DNA of 64,000 nt from positions 40,453,032-40,517,031 of the forward strand of contig JASCQW010000032.1 of NCBI GenBank assembly GCA_030264375.1, in the 5' to 3' direction. This stretch comes from Carcharhinus longimanus (taxonomy: Eukaryota). A program made the translations under genes and the position numbers. The notes under the pieces were generated by a model. It was not told the origin of the DNA. It made no database searches and saw nothing but the letters and a program-made list of their open reading frames with translations. Positions 12,410 to 26,000 of the stretch are shown here, one piece after another. Positions within the stretch are counted from its first letter, which is position 1, and each line of letters starts with the position of its first letter.

Positions 12410-12965
12410 TTGGGTCAAGTTGCTGTTGTTTCTCCTCCTTGTGCTCACTGTTGCTTGCCGTTTCGGAGCTGCTGCAGCCAATCTCCTTGGGAACCTTTTC
12501 CCTACACTCTGGGTAGGAGCCGCACGTAAATTCTGGCAGGCTGAGGGTTTGCAGCTCAAAGGAAGAACACTCAGTCCTCTTGGCTGATAAAGTTTCTGGC
12601 TTGATCCCGTAATGTCGGCCGTTTGGATGGAATCCGGGGAAAGGGACTGAGCTGGAAAGTGGTTCTAACCAGGAGCGCACGTATCTGCTGTCCCCAGCCG
12701 CAAGATGCGACTGATGCATGTACGGGTGATAGATTCCTGCAACGGCGGCAGAGGGCTGAGGATGGACGGGAGACCAGGGATTGGAAAATGCGGCTGACTT
12801 GGGGGTAAAACTGCAGGAAGAGAAATCTGAACTGTCTGCTACACCTGGCGGCCTTGAAGCTGTGCTGTGTGATCCTTGAGCATATCTGGCCGCGTATAAG
12901 TCCTCTGTCTCCTGACCTATCAAAGAATCAACATAATAGTTCTGTATAGTGCCACCGGTCGACAT
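12410..12965 (-). CDS. hoxd9: HoxD9 exon 1
   Basis: ATG 12965 gives MSTGGTIQNYYVDSLIG..., with Hox9 motifs FSSCSF, RYVRSWLEP and RHYGIKPE. Ends QQLDP with donor A|GTAAGT at 12409. An in-frame upstream ATG lies at 12986. Confidence 0.95.
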
Positions 12966-13065
12966 TTTAGGTTCTCTCGCTTTCATAGAAAAGGTTACAC
13001 TGGAACGTGTATCTGATACCTTCACTCAGAACAATCATAGTATTTTGCCGACTACAGTTGCAGCT

Positions 13066-13118
13066 ATTGGTTGCGGGTCTCACGTGATTGTATTTACCAA
13101 TACAGCGAGTAAATCAAT
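13066..13118 (-). promoter_or_regulatory. HoxD9 proximal promoter (CCAAT + E-box + Pbx/Hox site)
   Basis: CCAAT 13066-13070, CACGTG 13081-13086 and TGATTTAC 13109-13116, 100-150 nt upstream of the ATG. The arrangement matches the conserved Hox9 promoter. Confidence 0.7.
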
Positions 13119-16100
13119 CCGCTCATCTGTCTGACCACAACTGGGCCTGGCCCAGCTTTTAATGAAATAATATATATGTATATTTTAACAACGCCTTAGC
13201 AATGGGCAAAACAAAATCACTTGATCAGGATCGCTGGAGTCCTTCTGCTGGAGCCAAAGGAACAACCTCTCCAAATGCGGTTAAAACAGCGGCTGGAGAA
13301 GCAGGGGACTATTTTCCCTGTAAGCTAATTAATGTCTGTCACTCATTTCATAATCAGTAGTGCGGAGTCCATGATCTATGTCAAGAGCAAATATCTGTTA
13401 GCTTAGTGCAATAAAGCGGCAAGAAAACACCTTCGAGGTACGTCGGTGTTTTTATATTGTATATTCCCTTGTTTAGAGAAGAGCTTTTACAGACCATTGA
13501 CTGACTCTGTCCCATAAAAAAGAGTAAACGAGATGTTGTAAAACCAAGGGTTTGAGCTACTTTTTTTTTCAAATCCGGAATACAAGAACTTGCAGAGTTT
13601 CCTTCCCACTCTTCCAATGTTCTTCGGCTAATATTTTAACTTGTTTCAAATATCACCGCATTTGAAGTAAAGGCTTCGTCGCCCCTTTATAGTCTGTGCT
13701 CAGAAGCCACCATAAATGCTTTTATGTCTATCAATAAAATTTTTATGAGGTGCATTTGATTATACATTAATGTGTCTTTAATAAAACAGGCCTCTTTTGG
13801 CATAGTAAAGTATGCCTAACCAAAACTGGGCTCCAAAATGTTCCCACATAGGTGCAAGTACTCCAGCCTATAAATATATTTCTCTCTCATCGCCTGTTAA
13901 CAGCGATTCAGTGTACCAGGGTGTACAAAAGAGAGGAGTGTACCGGCTGACTGGAACATCAACTCATCGGCCAGCCGTGTCTCAATGCCCTCACTAGTCA
14001 ATACCATGAAGGAATTGCAGTGAGTCTAAGGGTAAAGATCGAGAAGTTTGAGTTGGTTCCGAGTTTTAAGAGATGCTACCCATTAAACAGCTGCAGAGAA
14101 ACGGCGTGTTTCTTCAGATGACATACTCTGTGACCGTCCACCATGACACCAATCAGACAAAACCTCGTTTGTGATGAAAGGAATAAGTTTAGTTCTACAT
14201 TTAAACATTTCTACATTTAGGCATTTTTAGTTTGACTCTTCTTTCTTTTTCACATTGAACTTTTTTTTCTTTTGAACAGTGAATAACTGCGCAGTAATCT
14301 TGGCATTCACCATGACTAGGTTATAGTCATTGAGTGCACCTCACGGACCTTTCAGAATACACAACTTATTCAAAAATACTCCATTCTTATCGGCTCATTT
14401 TTCTTATTTATTGATGAGCAGATACTTTATTATTTGTCACCCCTGCAATATAAACGAGAAGGAAATCGGCTTAATATAGAGCGGCGAATGATCAAAATCT
14501 AAAGATCAGCAAAGCCAGAGGATAAGGCACGTCAGTAAGCGTTCAAGTCGACTTTACGGCAGTATGAACCGTCCTATGTTATTTATTACTGCCTCACCTA
14601 ACGCGTTGAAGTCACTTTACTGAAATAACCTGTCATAATTAAAGGAATAAGTTTAAATTCCATTTTGCCAAATGCAGTTCATCCCGATTTAAGATGATGC
14701 AAATAATAATCTCCCGGAATTTAGACAGCAGGCAACCCACACAGATTTAAGTGAGTGGTTTTCGCAAGATGCCAGTTTTGGTTAAATTGAAAGAATAGGG
14801 GCACGTTCCTTGCTGTTGTGCAATGCCATTTACAAATGGCAAATGCTCCTTTCTTCGCTATGAATTACGTTAAGGATAACGAATGAAATTTACGCTGCAG
14901 TTTGCGCTGTGATTCTTCTAGCTAAGCCAAAGAGCACATTCCCCTTTGCGATTATTTAAATAAAGCGTAAATAAATTCAATTTCTGCAACTTTCAGGTTT
15001 ATCATGTTTACTGCATTTCATATAAGGAAATGCCGCCGGAAAGCTCGTTCGTTGGCTGCCATTTTACACCAGTTCAAGTAATACTTAGTTTTTTTTTACA
15101 GAATTAAAAATGATTAAGATTAACTAGCAATCGCTGCTCTCGTCCCTCAACACATTAACTTCGAGAACACGTTTGCAATTTAAACATCGGATGAATAGTG
15201 TATTACTGCAAAGGATTATTTTCTTTGTGAATTCCCTGTAGTAATGCAGAAAAAAAGTACTTTCGAATATTTTGAGCATTTACAAAATTATGCGAGGGAA
15301 ATCATTATTTTGAATGCAATTATTATCAAAGATAAGTAACTAATTCCATTCGGTAGTAACTTTAACCCGATTAATTGATTTTGATTTAATTAATTTTCTC
15401 GTTTGTATATACAAAGACAGTTGTTAAAACGAATTGGGGAGATTGTATGCTTCTGTGGCTTATTCAAGACAAAATAATTTATATTTGGTATTCGTGGGAT
15501 TGTAATTCGAAACAAATATTATGGTAAACAATCGCTGCAAGATTTGGGTTTTGCATTGTGGAAAAACAATCCTTTATTTCAAACTTGGACTTGATTGAGC
15601 TGATGGCTTGCGTTTAATTTGGTTTCATTTTTCGATGTGTTTCCTCAATGAGCTTGCACATTCTGTCATTTTAAATCTTTCAGATCTATCCACCTGTGTA
15701 AAGTCTTGTAAACGCGCCGCCACGTTGTTTAATTTAACGACCATATAATGTTTGTGACACTAAGCTGTACTCGAAGGATTTTAGCAATTTTGATCCACAG
15801 TAAATGTCCAGTGTTTTGTCATTATCATATCCACATATTTTGTCTGCTCTTATTTAGGCTATTTCATATACTTAGGCGACAAAGACTAGCAGCTCGGTAA
15901 ATTTCAAAAAGACTTGCATCTGCAAATACAAAATGTCAATTTGCCTCTTGAAACGGTTTATGAATTGAAGTGAACCTTCTCCATTAAAAATAATGCATTC
16001 AACTAAGCCATTAACCAGCCGTTCTTTTGGGTCCACTCTATGCTTATGGCGCTATAAATAGATTTTGTTTGCATCTATTAAACTTAGATTAAGGAATTCC

Positions 16101-16680
16101 ACACTATTAATATCCCTGTAGAAATAATACGAAACTATGTGTAATTCGTCACCTTGTCTGCTAAAAATATTAAAGACTTCATCATGTTACTAAAATTATT
16201 TCCCTTTTTTTATTGCCGCGAGTGACATTTACAAGATACAGCTGTGCATCCTAAAAGAAGGGAGCACTGAATTCAGCCCTCACTGCAACCACATATTCTC
16301 AACGTTTCGTATGGATCATAATAACACGTGAGCTTAACAAACGCTATTTGCACTGACCATGTCAAAATAACTAGTCTTCGATGCTTGCTTCTGTTTATCA
16401 ACGCCAAGGACGTAATGAGAACAGTAGTTTTGATATCCTGGTTAAGATCAAATCCAAATAAATAAATAATCACGTACCGAACCGTGATTATTTTTTCGTT
16501 CATAAAGCAGAATTACTATTTCCTTACGTATTTCTACCGGACACCTTAACGTTTAAATTATAATTTCCAATTGTTAACTTAGATATTTCCCACTGGTCGA
16601 AGACTTACGCTAATAAACTTAGCTTCCTACAGAGACAAGCAACAACTCCAAAGAGACAAAGCATAAATAAATATGTAACA

Positions 16681-16910
16681 AAAAGAGAAAATACTGGAAA
16701 AACTCAGCAGGTCAGACAGCATCCGTGGAGAAGGAAACAGATTGATTAANNNNNNNNNNNNNNNNNNNNNNNNNNNNNNNNNNNNNNNNNNNNNNNNNNN
16801 NNNNNNNNNNNNNNNNNNNNNNNNNNNNNNNNNNNNNNNNNNNNNNNNNCCTGAAGGTTTAACTGTTAGTCTCTCCACAGAGGTTGCCTGGCATACAGAA
16901 TATTTCCAGC
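16681..16910. mobile_element. Palindromic chondrichthyan-type interspersed repeat (inverted arms, N gap in centre)
   Basis: Left arm ACTGGAAAAACTCAGCAGGTCAGACAGCATCCGTGGAGAAGGAAACAG. Right arm reverse-complemented is GCTGGAAATATTCTGTATGCCAGGCAACCTCTGTGGAGAGACTAACAG. Resembles an abundant shark repeat; family name not assigned. Confidence 0.7.
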
Positions 16911-17148
16911 TGGTCGGTTGAATGTTACGGGGAACGTAATGTACTGAAGTATGAAGGAAGGAATTCGAATTTATCTCTACATTACGTTATTTGATTTTCA
17001 ATCTTTAAAGTAATGTGAGAAGTATTATGTTTGCTGTTGTTAAATTACCTTACTTGAACTGCCCGTGAGTAACTTATCAATTTTGCCTACAGCCGTTGGC
17101 GAATGGTTCCCAGATTGAAGAAGTTGATATCTAATTTAGGATTTATCG

Positions 17149-17188
17149 TTTATATTTATATTTATATATTTATATTTATATATATATA
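17149..17188. repeat. AT-rich (TTTATA)n/(TA)n simple repeat in HoxD10 3' region
   Basis: tttatatttatatttatatatttatatttatatatatata. Confidence 0.8.
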
Positions 17189-17742
17189 CGTGCAACAGAC
17201 ACATGCATATAAATAGACATGAAAATTTGCATCACGATGCATCACATACTCCAAAATGTACCTAAGAACTCCTTCTATAGATCTGATTATTTTAACACTA
17301 CTGTATATGGGCCACTGTTTAAGAGCATCTCTGTAATAAATTCAAATCGTACGTTTCTAATGCGATTGATCATGGTATTGCGACATCTGATTTACAATTG
17401 CTAAACAAATGGCATTTTTTTCTGAATATAGTGGCTTTGTAAGAGGTGATGTTCTGGTGTACAGTACGCTTGCCCGAATAGCTGTAGCGTGTAAAATTAC
17501 TGAAGACCTACTTCCTAAACAAAGTAAATAATTTGCCCCGCATTAGAAAGGACAATTTCTTAGAAAATATTCTTGTTAACGTAAACTTGCTAATTTGTAC
17601 TTTCAAACAACCATAACACTAAAATAGTCAAGTCAGAATAGTAACAATATCCCAGAGTGGACAAACTGCAGGGTTCCAAGATCCCCACTAAACCGTCACA
17701 GTATCAAAGGTGCTGGATCACGGTGGAATCCGTATCCCCCGC

Positions 17743-18014
17743 TCATGAGAAAGTGAGGTTAGTGGTCAGTTCTCGAATTCGGGTTTCTCTGTTCATTTTC
17801 TTCAGCTTCATCCTACGATTTTGAAACCAGATCTTGACTTGCCTGTCGGTCAGATTCACGCTCTTGCTTATCTCTAGACGGCGCTCACGAGTCAGATACA
17901 TATTAAATAAAAACTCTTTCTCCAATTCCAGTGTTTGATATTTTGTATAAGGACACCTCTTCTTTCTTCCGCTCTTTGCTGTGAGCCAGTTGCTTACCGG
18001 GGTTTTCAGCTCTT
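17743..18014 (-). CDS. hoxd10: HoxD10 exon 2 (homeobox)
   Basis: Acceptor CTTCTGATAG|AAG. Encodes (E)[89 protein letters not shown]. Joined CDS is 1011 nt (336 aa). Confidence 0.96.
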
Positions 18015-19189
18015 CTATCAGAAGTAAGAAACGAGAGATGAGATTTTAGCAAATATGTCCCTACGACAACTGAACTTCAAATCAGTTTCAGCCAGAGTAG
18101 TTATACGCAAAATTACCACTTCAAGTTATACACAGACCGCAGCGACACGCTCTTTACCTTTTATCAAATCGTCCAACAAATATATACACATAAATTGATG
18201 CGATTTAAAGAGAAAATCGGTGAATAGATCAAGGGAGCTAAAAATATGCTTTAGGAGATTGACAAATGATGTTACACCATATACCATTTATTGTAATGCA
18301 CATTTTGAGACAGGTTTCTTGGTGAATGGTAAAATATATGCCAGGCCGATTTAAGATGCACTGAAAACAGACAATTTGTTAATATTGGATGATTAGTAGG
18401 CAATGCCATTATTGTGAATGGATTCTAACGCTGTGGGTTGCAATAGGAGTTTCACCAATAGGTCGTTTTTCAACTTCATAACCTAAATTTACAGATTGTG
18501 AAATCCTGACAATATAAACGTATGTGGCCATGATAATAATTCCGGAGCTAAATCTTAGGCTATTAAACATACTACCGCTGCCTCTTATCGAGCAGGTTAA
18601 TTGGAATTTATGTGCTAGTATGTACTATATGTGCCGGTAGTATTTCACATTCTTCGAATGAAACTTTTATCTTTGGTTATAGTATATCTTATATATCTAA
18701 CAAACTGTTCAAGGGAAAGCTACAATTCTTCTATAGACCAAGGCTTTCTCACTCACTATCTCCAAGACAACAAATGATGCAAATAACGCTTTTATTTCAC
18801 AATATCCGAGCCTGTGGCGTGCTGCTAAATTTATACGCAGTTGCTTTTAGTATGCTGCATGTCGTGTATGGCACCAAACGTTTCATACTGTATCTTAGGG
18901 CTCGCCAACGCTAAGATGAAACTATCACTGTTATACTGACATCTGTAAATGATTTGCTAGCCTTTACTACGTCATTAACAATTTCATGGAATTGTTGGGC
19001 ACATTTTCCAACAACTCGTTGTAATAAAAGGAAATCGTCCTTTTACTCAAACTTATGCAGACTTGGCGATCAGGGACACACAGAACTTGCCAAACATATT
19101 ACCATGGTAAAGTTATGTAGTGGCTATACAAGTTTTTGTATCCGCTTTACGACGCTGCCATGTTCATATTAAATCTTTTAAATGCTCAC

Positions 19190-19928
19190 CTTTAGTCTCA
19201 TTGTCCGATTGTTCCGAGCTAGATTCGGCTTCCTCAGCGGTTGCACTGACCTCCACTAACCTCGGTTTTGGCTCTGGAGTTTCCACATATATTCCTTTAA
19301 TGGGCTCCTGCGCGCTTGGCTTCTCGTTTATTTTCCTCTCCATTGAAGGCTGGCTTGATACCTGGAGTTTGCTGATAAGCCCTAGGCTTGACTGCGGCAT
19401 TATATTGGCGCTAATTTCCCCAGCGTGATTGTAGTCCAGGCTTTTCTCCAATGGATAAGCCTGACAGAGTCTGAAATATCCCGGGATGGGAATCTCAGGA
19501 CTTTCAATGGAACAGCTTTCCGAGACCAACCTGGGATAGGCGGGAATTGCGGTAGGAGTGAGTTTTGCCCGTTTATCAGAATTATACATGCAGCAAGTGT
19601 TTTCTTCCTTTATGCTAGCAGGAAAGGAGCACGTGGGCATCTGTGGAGTAACAGGTTGTTCAATTCGGCATGGTCTCGAAGGGTCAGCCCAGCCATCCAC
19701 CTGAGATAAATACGGATGAACGCTGATGCTCATATTTTGATGGCTAACCTCTCCTCGTTTAGTCATGGTCGGGAGCAGTCCACAGGTCTGCATTCCGTAA
19801 GTTCCCATATCCGTGCTCGATGGCATGTACATGGAGCTGGTTGAATAGAACCCGTCACCCCTACAAGCACTAATCAGGGAATCTACTAAAAACGAGTTAG
19901 TGGCCGGAGAGCTGCTGGGACAGGACAT
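19190..19928 (-). CDS. hoxd10: HoxD10 exon 1
   Basis: [23 protein letters not shown]..., [10 protein letters not shown] and [13 protein letters not shown] are Hox10 motifs. Donor G|GTGAGC at 19189. Confidence 0.96.
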
Positions 19929-20039
19929 TTTGGAGAGTAATTTGAAGAAGGCAGATGATGTCCTTTGTAAGCTGACATCTCTAACAAAACATTCCCTGTG
20001 TAATTGTGGATGCCTCTGTACAAACGCATGACTACTGAG

Positions 20040-20092
20040 CCAATGGAATTTGAAAATGGCCTTGAAGCACTACCTCCCCGCACATCACATGA
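20040..20092 (-). promoter_or_regulatory. HoxD10 proximal promoter motifs
   Basis: CCAAT 20040-20044, YY1-like AAAATGGC 20053-20060 overlapping TCAAGGCCA (minus, 20057-20065), and E-box TCACATGA 20085-20092. Confidence 0.55.
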
Positions 20093-23000
20093 TCCACAGT
20101 CGGTTGAATTTGAGCTTAACTGTGGACAACAGCGACACCTACAACTGCAATTCCAAAGTGGCGCCCGCTCCAGCTCATCCTGATACCCACAGAGAGGCCG
20201 GCTCAAAGCTCACACTTATCCATACTACAGACCGTATCATCTTATCCCAGCTATCAGTCAGAAAATAATTAGCATTCTGTTTGTAAAACACAACCTTCTG
20301 TTTGTTTGATAAAACACAAAATAAGTGAATCGAATAGGAATTAAAGAAAATCGCTGCAATTCCCGAGCACAGGGAAGTAAAAACGGAGTTATTGATGGAA
20401 AATGTCGGCAAAATGAAATGAGTGCAGTGCAGGTTTATGGTCTGAATGTCTTTATAGTTTCAGGGAGTCCGGAGCAGCCGGGGCATTTCATTGTGTACAT
20501 TCTACACATTATGACTATTAATTTGCATAACTTGCTGGATTATGCATTTTATTTTGCTATAAGCCAAACATTTGGCATGAAAATATTGCAGACTTATCAG
20601 CATTCATTTAATACGTTCTTGCTGTTATTGTGTGGATGTACACTCTCTTCAGCTGCAAGTATGCCAAAGTATTTTAATGCATAATAAAACCAATCTTCGT
20701 GAGTAAAATTGAGCCGCCAGAAGAGTGTTCAAATTTGAATAATTGTAGGCTTCCTCCCACTTTGTCCTTTCCATTACTGTAGTTGGAATAAATAATAATG
20801 TCGTTTTATCCGAATATTTGCACAGACACCCTCCGCGGCTCAGACCGTGTGTGAGAAAAAGACGCATTTTGCAATTCTTGCCATTACTTTGTGTTTCTTT
20901 TTAATTTAATAACTATTATTCGAGTTCAAAGTGGATTAGCCTATCCCAAAAATTCCAGTTTAACTTTGGAATTCTCACACATCTCCCTGCTGCAGGTGGG
21001 AGGCTTCGCTGTTGATCATCAATAGAACCACTCCACAAAATAGGCCGGAAATGCATCCGCACTCCATAGCCGATAAACAAGGGAAAAGATACAAAGCTAG
21101 TCTGCCTGCTTTCCACTACACAGCCCGCGCCGCTTGTTCACGGGATTCAGCTGGGTTGGTGGATTTTTTTTTGTGATGCCTCCATTCGCAGTCAATCTTT
21201 GGAACTTTCTACATGGAGAAAATGTGCCACTTAACAGCACTTGCCCATGTCCGGTCACAGGGCGAACCCTCGAGGGTTCAACAAAATCCAAAGAACGATA
21301 GGCATCAGCTATGGAGGAGCAAAGTGACATTCACACAAAGGCATCGAGATTTTCCACTTCGCAAGACGGGGACAGTGTCAGGGTCAAGGCTGCCATGGTG
21401 TCCTCATTTTTCTGTTTATTTGGAAATGCAATGATCATCTTCAGAGTGTTTTCGGATTGTGTGAATTTTGGTATTGTACAAAACGTCTAAAATTCTACAA
21501 ATATTGAAAAGAGACGAAACATTAGAGCAGCTCTAAATACTTGCGTGTAAATTATTAAGAAATACAATTCTTTTCGCAGATAACTTGTTTATTACTTTGT
21601 TTATTTTCACATCACTGTTTCTGATTTGATAGAGTTGGTGGGCCAAATCTTTACAGTCTGCTCCAAGGTGTCCCTGCGTTATAATATTTGCATTTGATTC
21701 GTGCTTATAGTGATTCGAATCCAGAACATAACTTCGATGCTGTGTAGCCTATCTCTGCCAGTCCAGTATGTGTTAGGCAATACGCACATCTGGATCCTAG
21801 AGGTTTATATTTCTATAAAATGTATCACAATTCTGTCCTTAACATCCAACCCCAATTTAGCAAAGACTTACAAAAGGCGCTGGAATTTGTTTCTTAAACT
21901 ATGTCCTTTTGGTGTGAAGTCACTTCTCCAAGTCTTAAAACGCTCTGAAAGACGAGCAATATGACATGGCAAATAATGCACCCAATTGAGAACATCATAC
22001 ATTATTGATAAAGTTCAAATTAATTTATTCGGCGTCTTGTCTAAATTAAAAATGGGAATAGATGTGCTTTAATATAAAACTAGTCTTCCAGGCAAGGGCA
22101 AAACTAACAGTTCAAAGACAAAAGATTGCTTTACTCGGGCGCTTGGAAAATCATGGACGTATTTACGTGCAACATGAGTGAATATGTGCAAAATATAGAA
22201 ATAAGATTGATGCCTCCTGACTTCTTTATTATTTCCTCCGTCAAATTTCTACAACAGCCGAAAAGCTCAATGCTCACACTGCCTAACTCTGAGCGCAATT
22301 AATATCCTGGTAAAATAAAATACAAATCGCCACCGCTGTTTTACTCGTGACACTGGATACTATTCATTAAGCACACTAGGTAGCACGACTATATGTGGAA
22401 ATTTATCTGAAATAATACACTTCAAGAATTTTTCCAAGCAATATACCGACCTCAGTGGTTTGTTTATATGAAACAGTGAATTGTCGAACGGGAACCAACA
22501 ATATACTGCCAGCCTACAACGCTTCGCCATATTATAATCAATACTCAAATCCATGGCAAACAAAGCCAAAACGACGGTGACTTTTCTTGCAAGCGATCAA
22601 AAGCAAAAAAGCTAGCAGCTGTGACTTCGGTAGTACGGCAAGATAAGAACCAATGCCGCTCTGTTTTTTCAGACCACAGCTACTTGCAGCCTTGAACGAG
22701 AGAATTCTCTGCGCCGTGAGGCCTGCACAGTACAAAACTGCTATTTATATACAAATTGCTATCCCAAAGTTAAATAATCCTCAAAAGACGAAATGCCTAG
22801 ATGTTGGAATAGGCAATGCTTAGCTCAAACGTGTTTTTATCAAGAAGAATTTGTTTTTCACTCAACACGAGACAATTCGTTGCTCAGTAGCCGTGACTTA
22901 CGCCGCCATTTATTAGTCACTGTGAATGCGGTAGGGTAAAGAAAAACAGCATTAGTTACCGGAATATTACAAAGGAAAACATTACCGCAGTGTACCACAG

Positions 23001-26000
23001 TGTATTTACACTTATGCATATATTTATCGGGTATAAGTTGCTATGCAGGAAATTTGTTACATTTAAAAAGCCACTTTTATATTTCTACCTACATTTATTA
23101 CTTACTTACGAACTAGCATAGTGTTGATTGTATCGAGATTTTTTTTTACAACACAATGATAGAGGGTTATCGTATTAAGTTTACACTGTACCAGTCGCAT
23201 GCCAAGTAAACAAAACAATATAATTGCACGAAGCGGTCCTCCATGATGTATCATAAATGTTCCTTTCAATGTACTCNNNNNNNNNNTATCATAAGACCCC
23301 TAGTATGCCAAAAATACCCTCATAAAATATTACGACTGCAGACACACGAGAATTAACAGCTATGAAATCTTTGAACTATAAAGTGTCCTGGTATGCAGTG
23401 GGGAAGATTGCAATATCAAACACAGTTATCATGAGGGTACTCTCAACTCACGCAGAGCCTAGTTTAAGTAAAGGGAAGGTAATATTAATAGCAACTAGAA
23501 AGTGAACTGACTGATTAGTCTCCTAACGGTGCTTTAATGTTTAATAACCTAGTTATAAGCTGTTTATGGGAGAAATGTTACACACAATCCTCCTTAAATT
23601 AGTTCTAATGATGGAGATTAATTAAAACCTCGTAATGCATTAAAGCGCCAACGTCGGATGTGATTTGCTGGAAGGATTTTATATCAGACAAGCTTCATTA
23701 ATATTAGATTTAAACAGGAACATGAAGCAACAGTGTTGCATTCACATCGATTTGCAATGGAACACGGAGCAACATTTCCGTTCCGTACACATGTACAAAC
23801 ATCACCAACAGTCTATTGTCAAAATGAGACAAAATATAGGAAAAATGTCAAGTACCCTCCCCTCAAAAAAGGTGAAACAATTTTAAGTCACTATAGTCAC
23901 TGCGAATGTTTGGATGGAATTGCTTATTCCTTTGTTTCTCCTGCAGTGTTGACCAAACAGATGGCTCCATGCTTTGATAAAGGCTCACATTTCTTCCTTT
24001 ACACTTCCCACCGGCCTAAACTGACACGGCCTTGTGACCATGAAAGCGTCAGCCACTTCTACCTTCACTTTCACCTTGAATTTTTCTGACCGTTTTGCCA
24101 CGCTCAGAACTCGAAATTAAAGGAGTAAACACGAAGCGTGTGCCACTAATTTCATCATCTTGTTTGCAGTCCATCAGACAAATGTAGAGAAGATTAAATG
24201 TTCCATAAACGTCCGGTTAAAGTGCACGCGAAGCTTCCGTCAGGCTAATTTTGCTTGCCACCACAGTTGCCGATAGCAAAACGTTGGCTCTATTGTTAGT
24301 GCCTGTAGATACTTCGGAAATATGTGTGGTCACTGGGTATTTGAAGTTAAATTGCGACTGCAAGCCTAATGATAATGCACAGGGCTTTTATTATGCCTGA
24401 CTACAAAACGATCAGCAACAGAGTCCAACATAATTTCACTCCTTGTCACATTAAACAAGCGTTGGTGGTATTTGCTATCAGTAAATGTTTATCAATAAAG
24501 CAATTGCCCCTATCTGAATATCAGCCTTTCCATATTTTAAATTATACATTTCAGAATACTGTATCATCATCTTATAAACAAGGAGATAGGAAAAATGTTT
24601 TCCTCCAAACTATTTTAAAACAAAATGATAAAAATTGAGCAAAATAAAAGTTCCTTACAGACCGAATGGAAGATAGTTGAAAAGTATGAGCCAGCCAGCT
24701 TTGCTGCGAGGAAGAGAAAGACGCTCGGGCACTTTAGCTCGTGTTCTAAAATCTTCATCAGCACGGATAGAAAACTTAAGACAACCTCCTCCCCCCATTC
24801 ATTTAATACTCGAGCCATTAATGAGATTGGAGCGGATATTAGTGCCAATTACAGCAATAGGCCACTTTGACAATTTAAAATTATCTTGCATATATGCGTT
24901 TATTCCGTTTTACAGTAAGAAATTAAAGGGTGTCTCTTTCTGTACGCTTAAATATTTCAAATTGCTCTTACTCTCAAAAAAGAGAGAGAAAATTCTGCAC
25001 GTTAAGTCGGTCCAGCGGGCTGTCTCGTTGATTCCATTTAAATGGCTCGCCGAATATGACCATCAAATATTCCTCGTTTCCACACTGTGAGAGAATGGGG
25101 TAGTCATTAATTTTCCTCGCCGAAGTCAATACTCTGGTTTTCAGCATTCCCTTTTCACTTTTACAAAAGAGGGGAGGAATCCAAAACTCAACAACAGTGT
25201 GAACGGCTTTCCTTTGTCCAGTAAAAGCAGAAACGAATACTGTAGTTAACCATGTCATTATCGAGGTAAATTGTATAGCCGGAAGTATTTGGCTGTCCAG
25301 TACTATTCATTTCATAATCTTGTTAAGTTTGTACGGATTGCGGGGACACCGCGTGGGGAAAACGGTATTATGAAAGAACTGTTTCAGATATTGTGCTGCC
25401 ATTTAAGCCGTGACTGCTTCGCCAGGATGTGAACAGAACTCTTTAGATTATTTCTCAACAGCGGCTGTTTGTTTTAACAATTTCCATCCTTTGTTACATT
25501 GTTTCGCATAGTTTTCTTTTCAAATTCGCGGTAATCTGTTCCCTCAGTTTGCTCCATACATTCAGAACGTTTTCTGGGGCTGTTACAAAAAATAGACCGG
25601 ACCTGATTTGACCTTCGTATGTTAAAAATAAACCTTTGTTTCGACCCCAATACTTTATAACTTCGTTCAATCTGCACCCAACAAATCCGATCAACAAGCT
25701 TAAGTCAATACACCGAGTGAATGTGAATCGAACTATGCAACTCATGAAATTGAAAGGTGACTTTTATTCATTCTTCACTTATTACGCCGAAAATGAAACG
25801 ACTTAATTTTTAAAGCAAATGAACCTGCAGTTACATTGAACTGGCTTGTATTTAATTCCACACTTCGGCATAATGTTCCAGATAAATGGCAGGAGTAAGG
25901 AGAACTTTATCGTTCGGAATACTTACATTATTTCGGGTTCTTTCATTTTCATCTCTGAAATACATTATCACAACATTGCAAGCCTGTCGCTTCGTGCTAC

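Noticed and set aside
12670-12695. HOXA9T-like cryptic intron in HoxD9 exon 1
   Set aside because: The equivalent position reads AGC AGA TAC, lacking the AG|GT donor.
13150-17740. miR-196 precursor between Hox9 and Hox10
   Set aside because: No mature miR-196 sequence found by eye on the minus strand, consistent with its absence from HoxD clusters.
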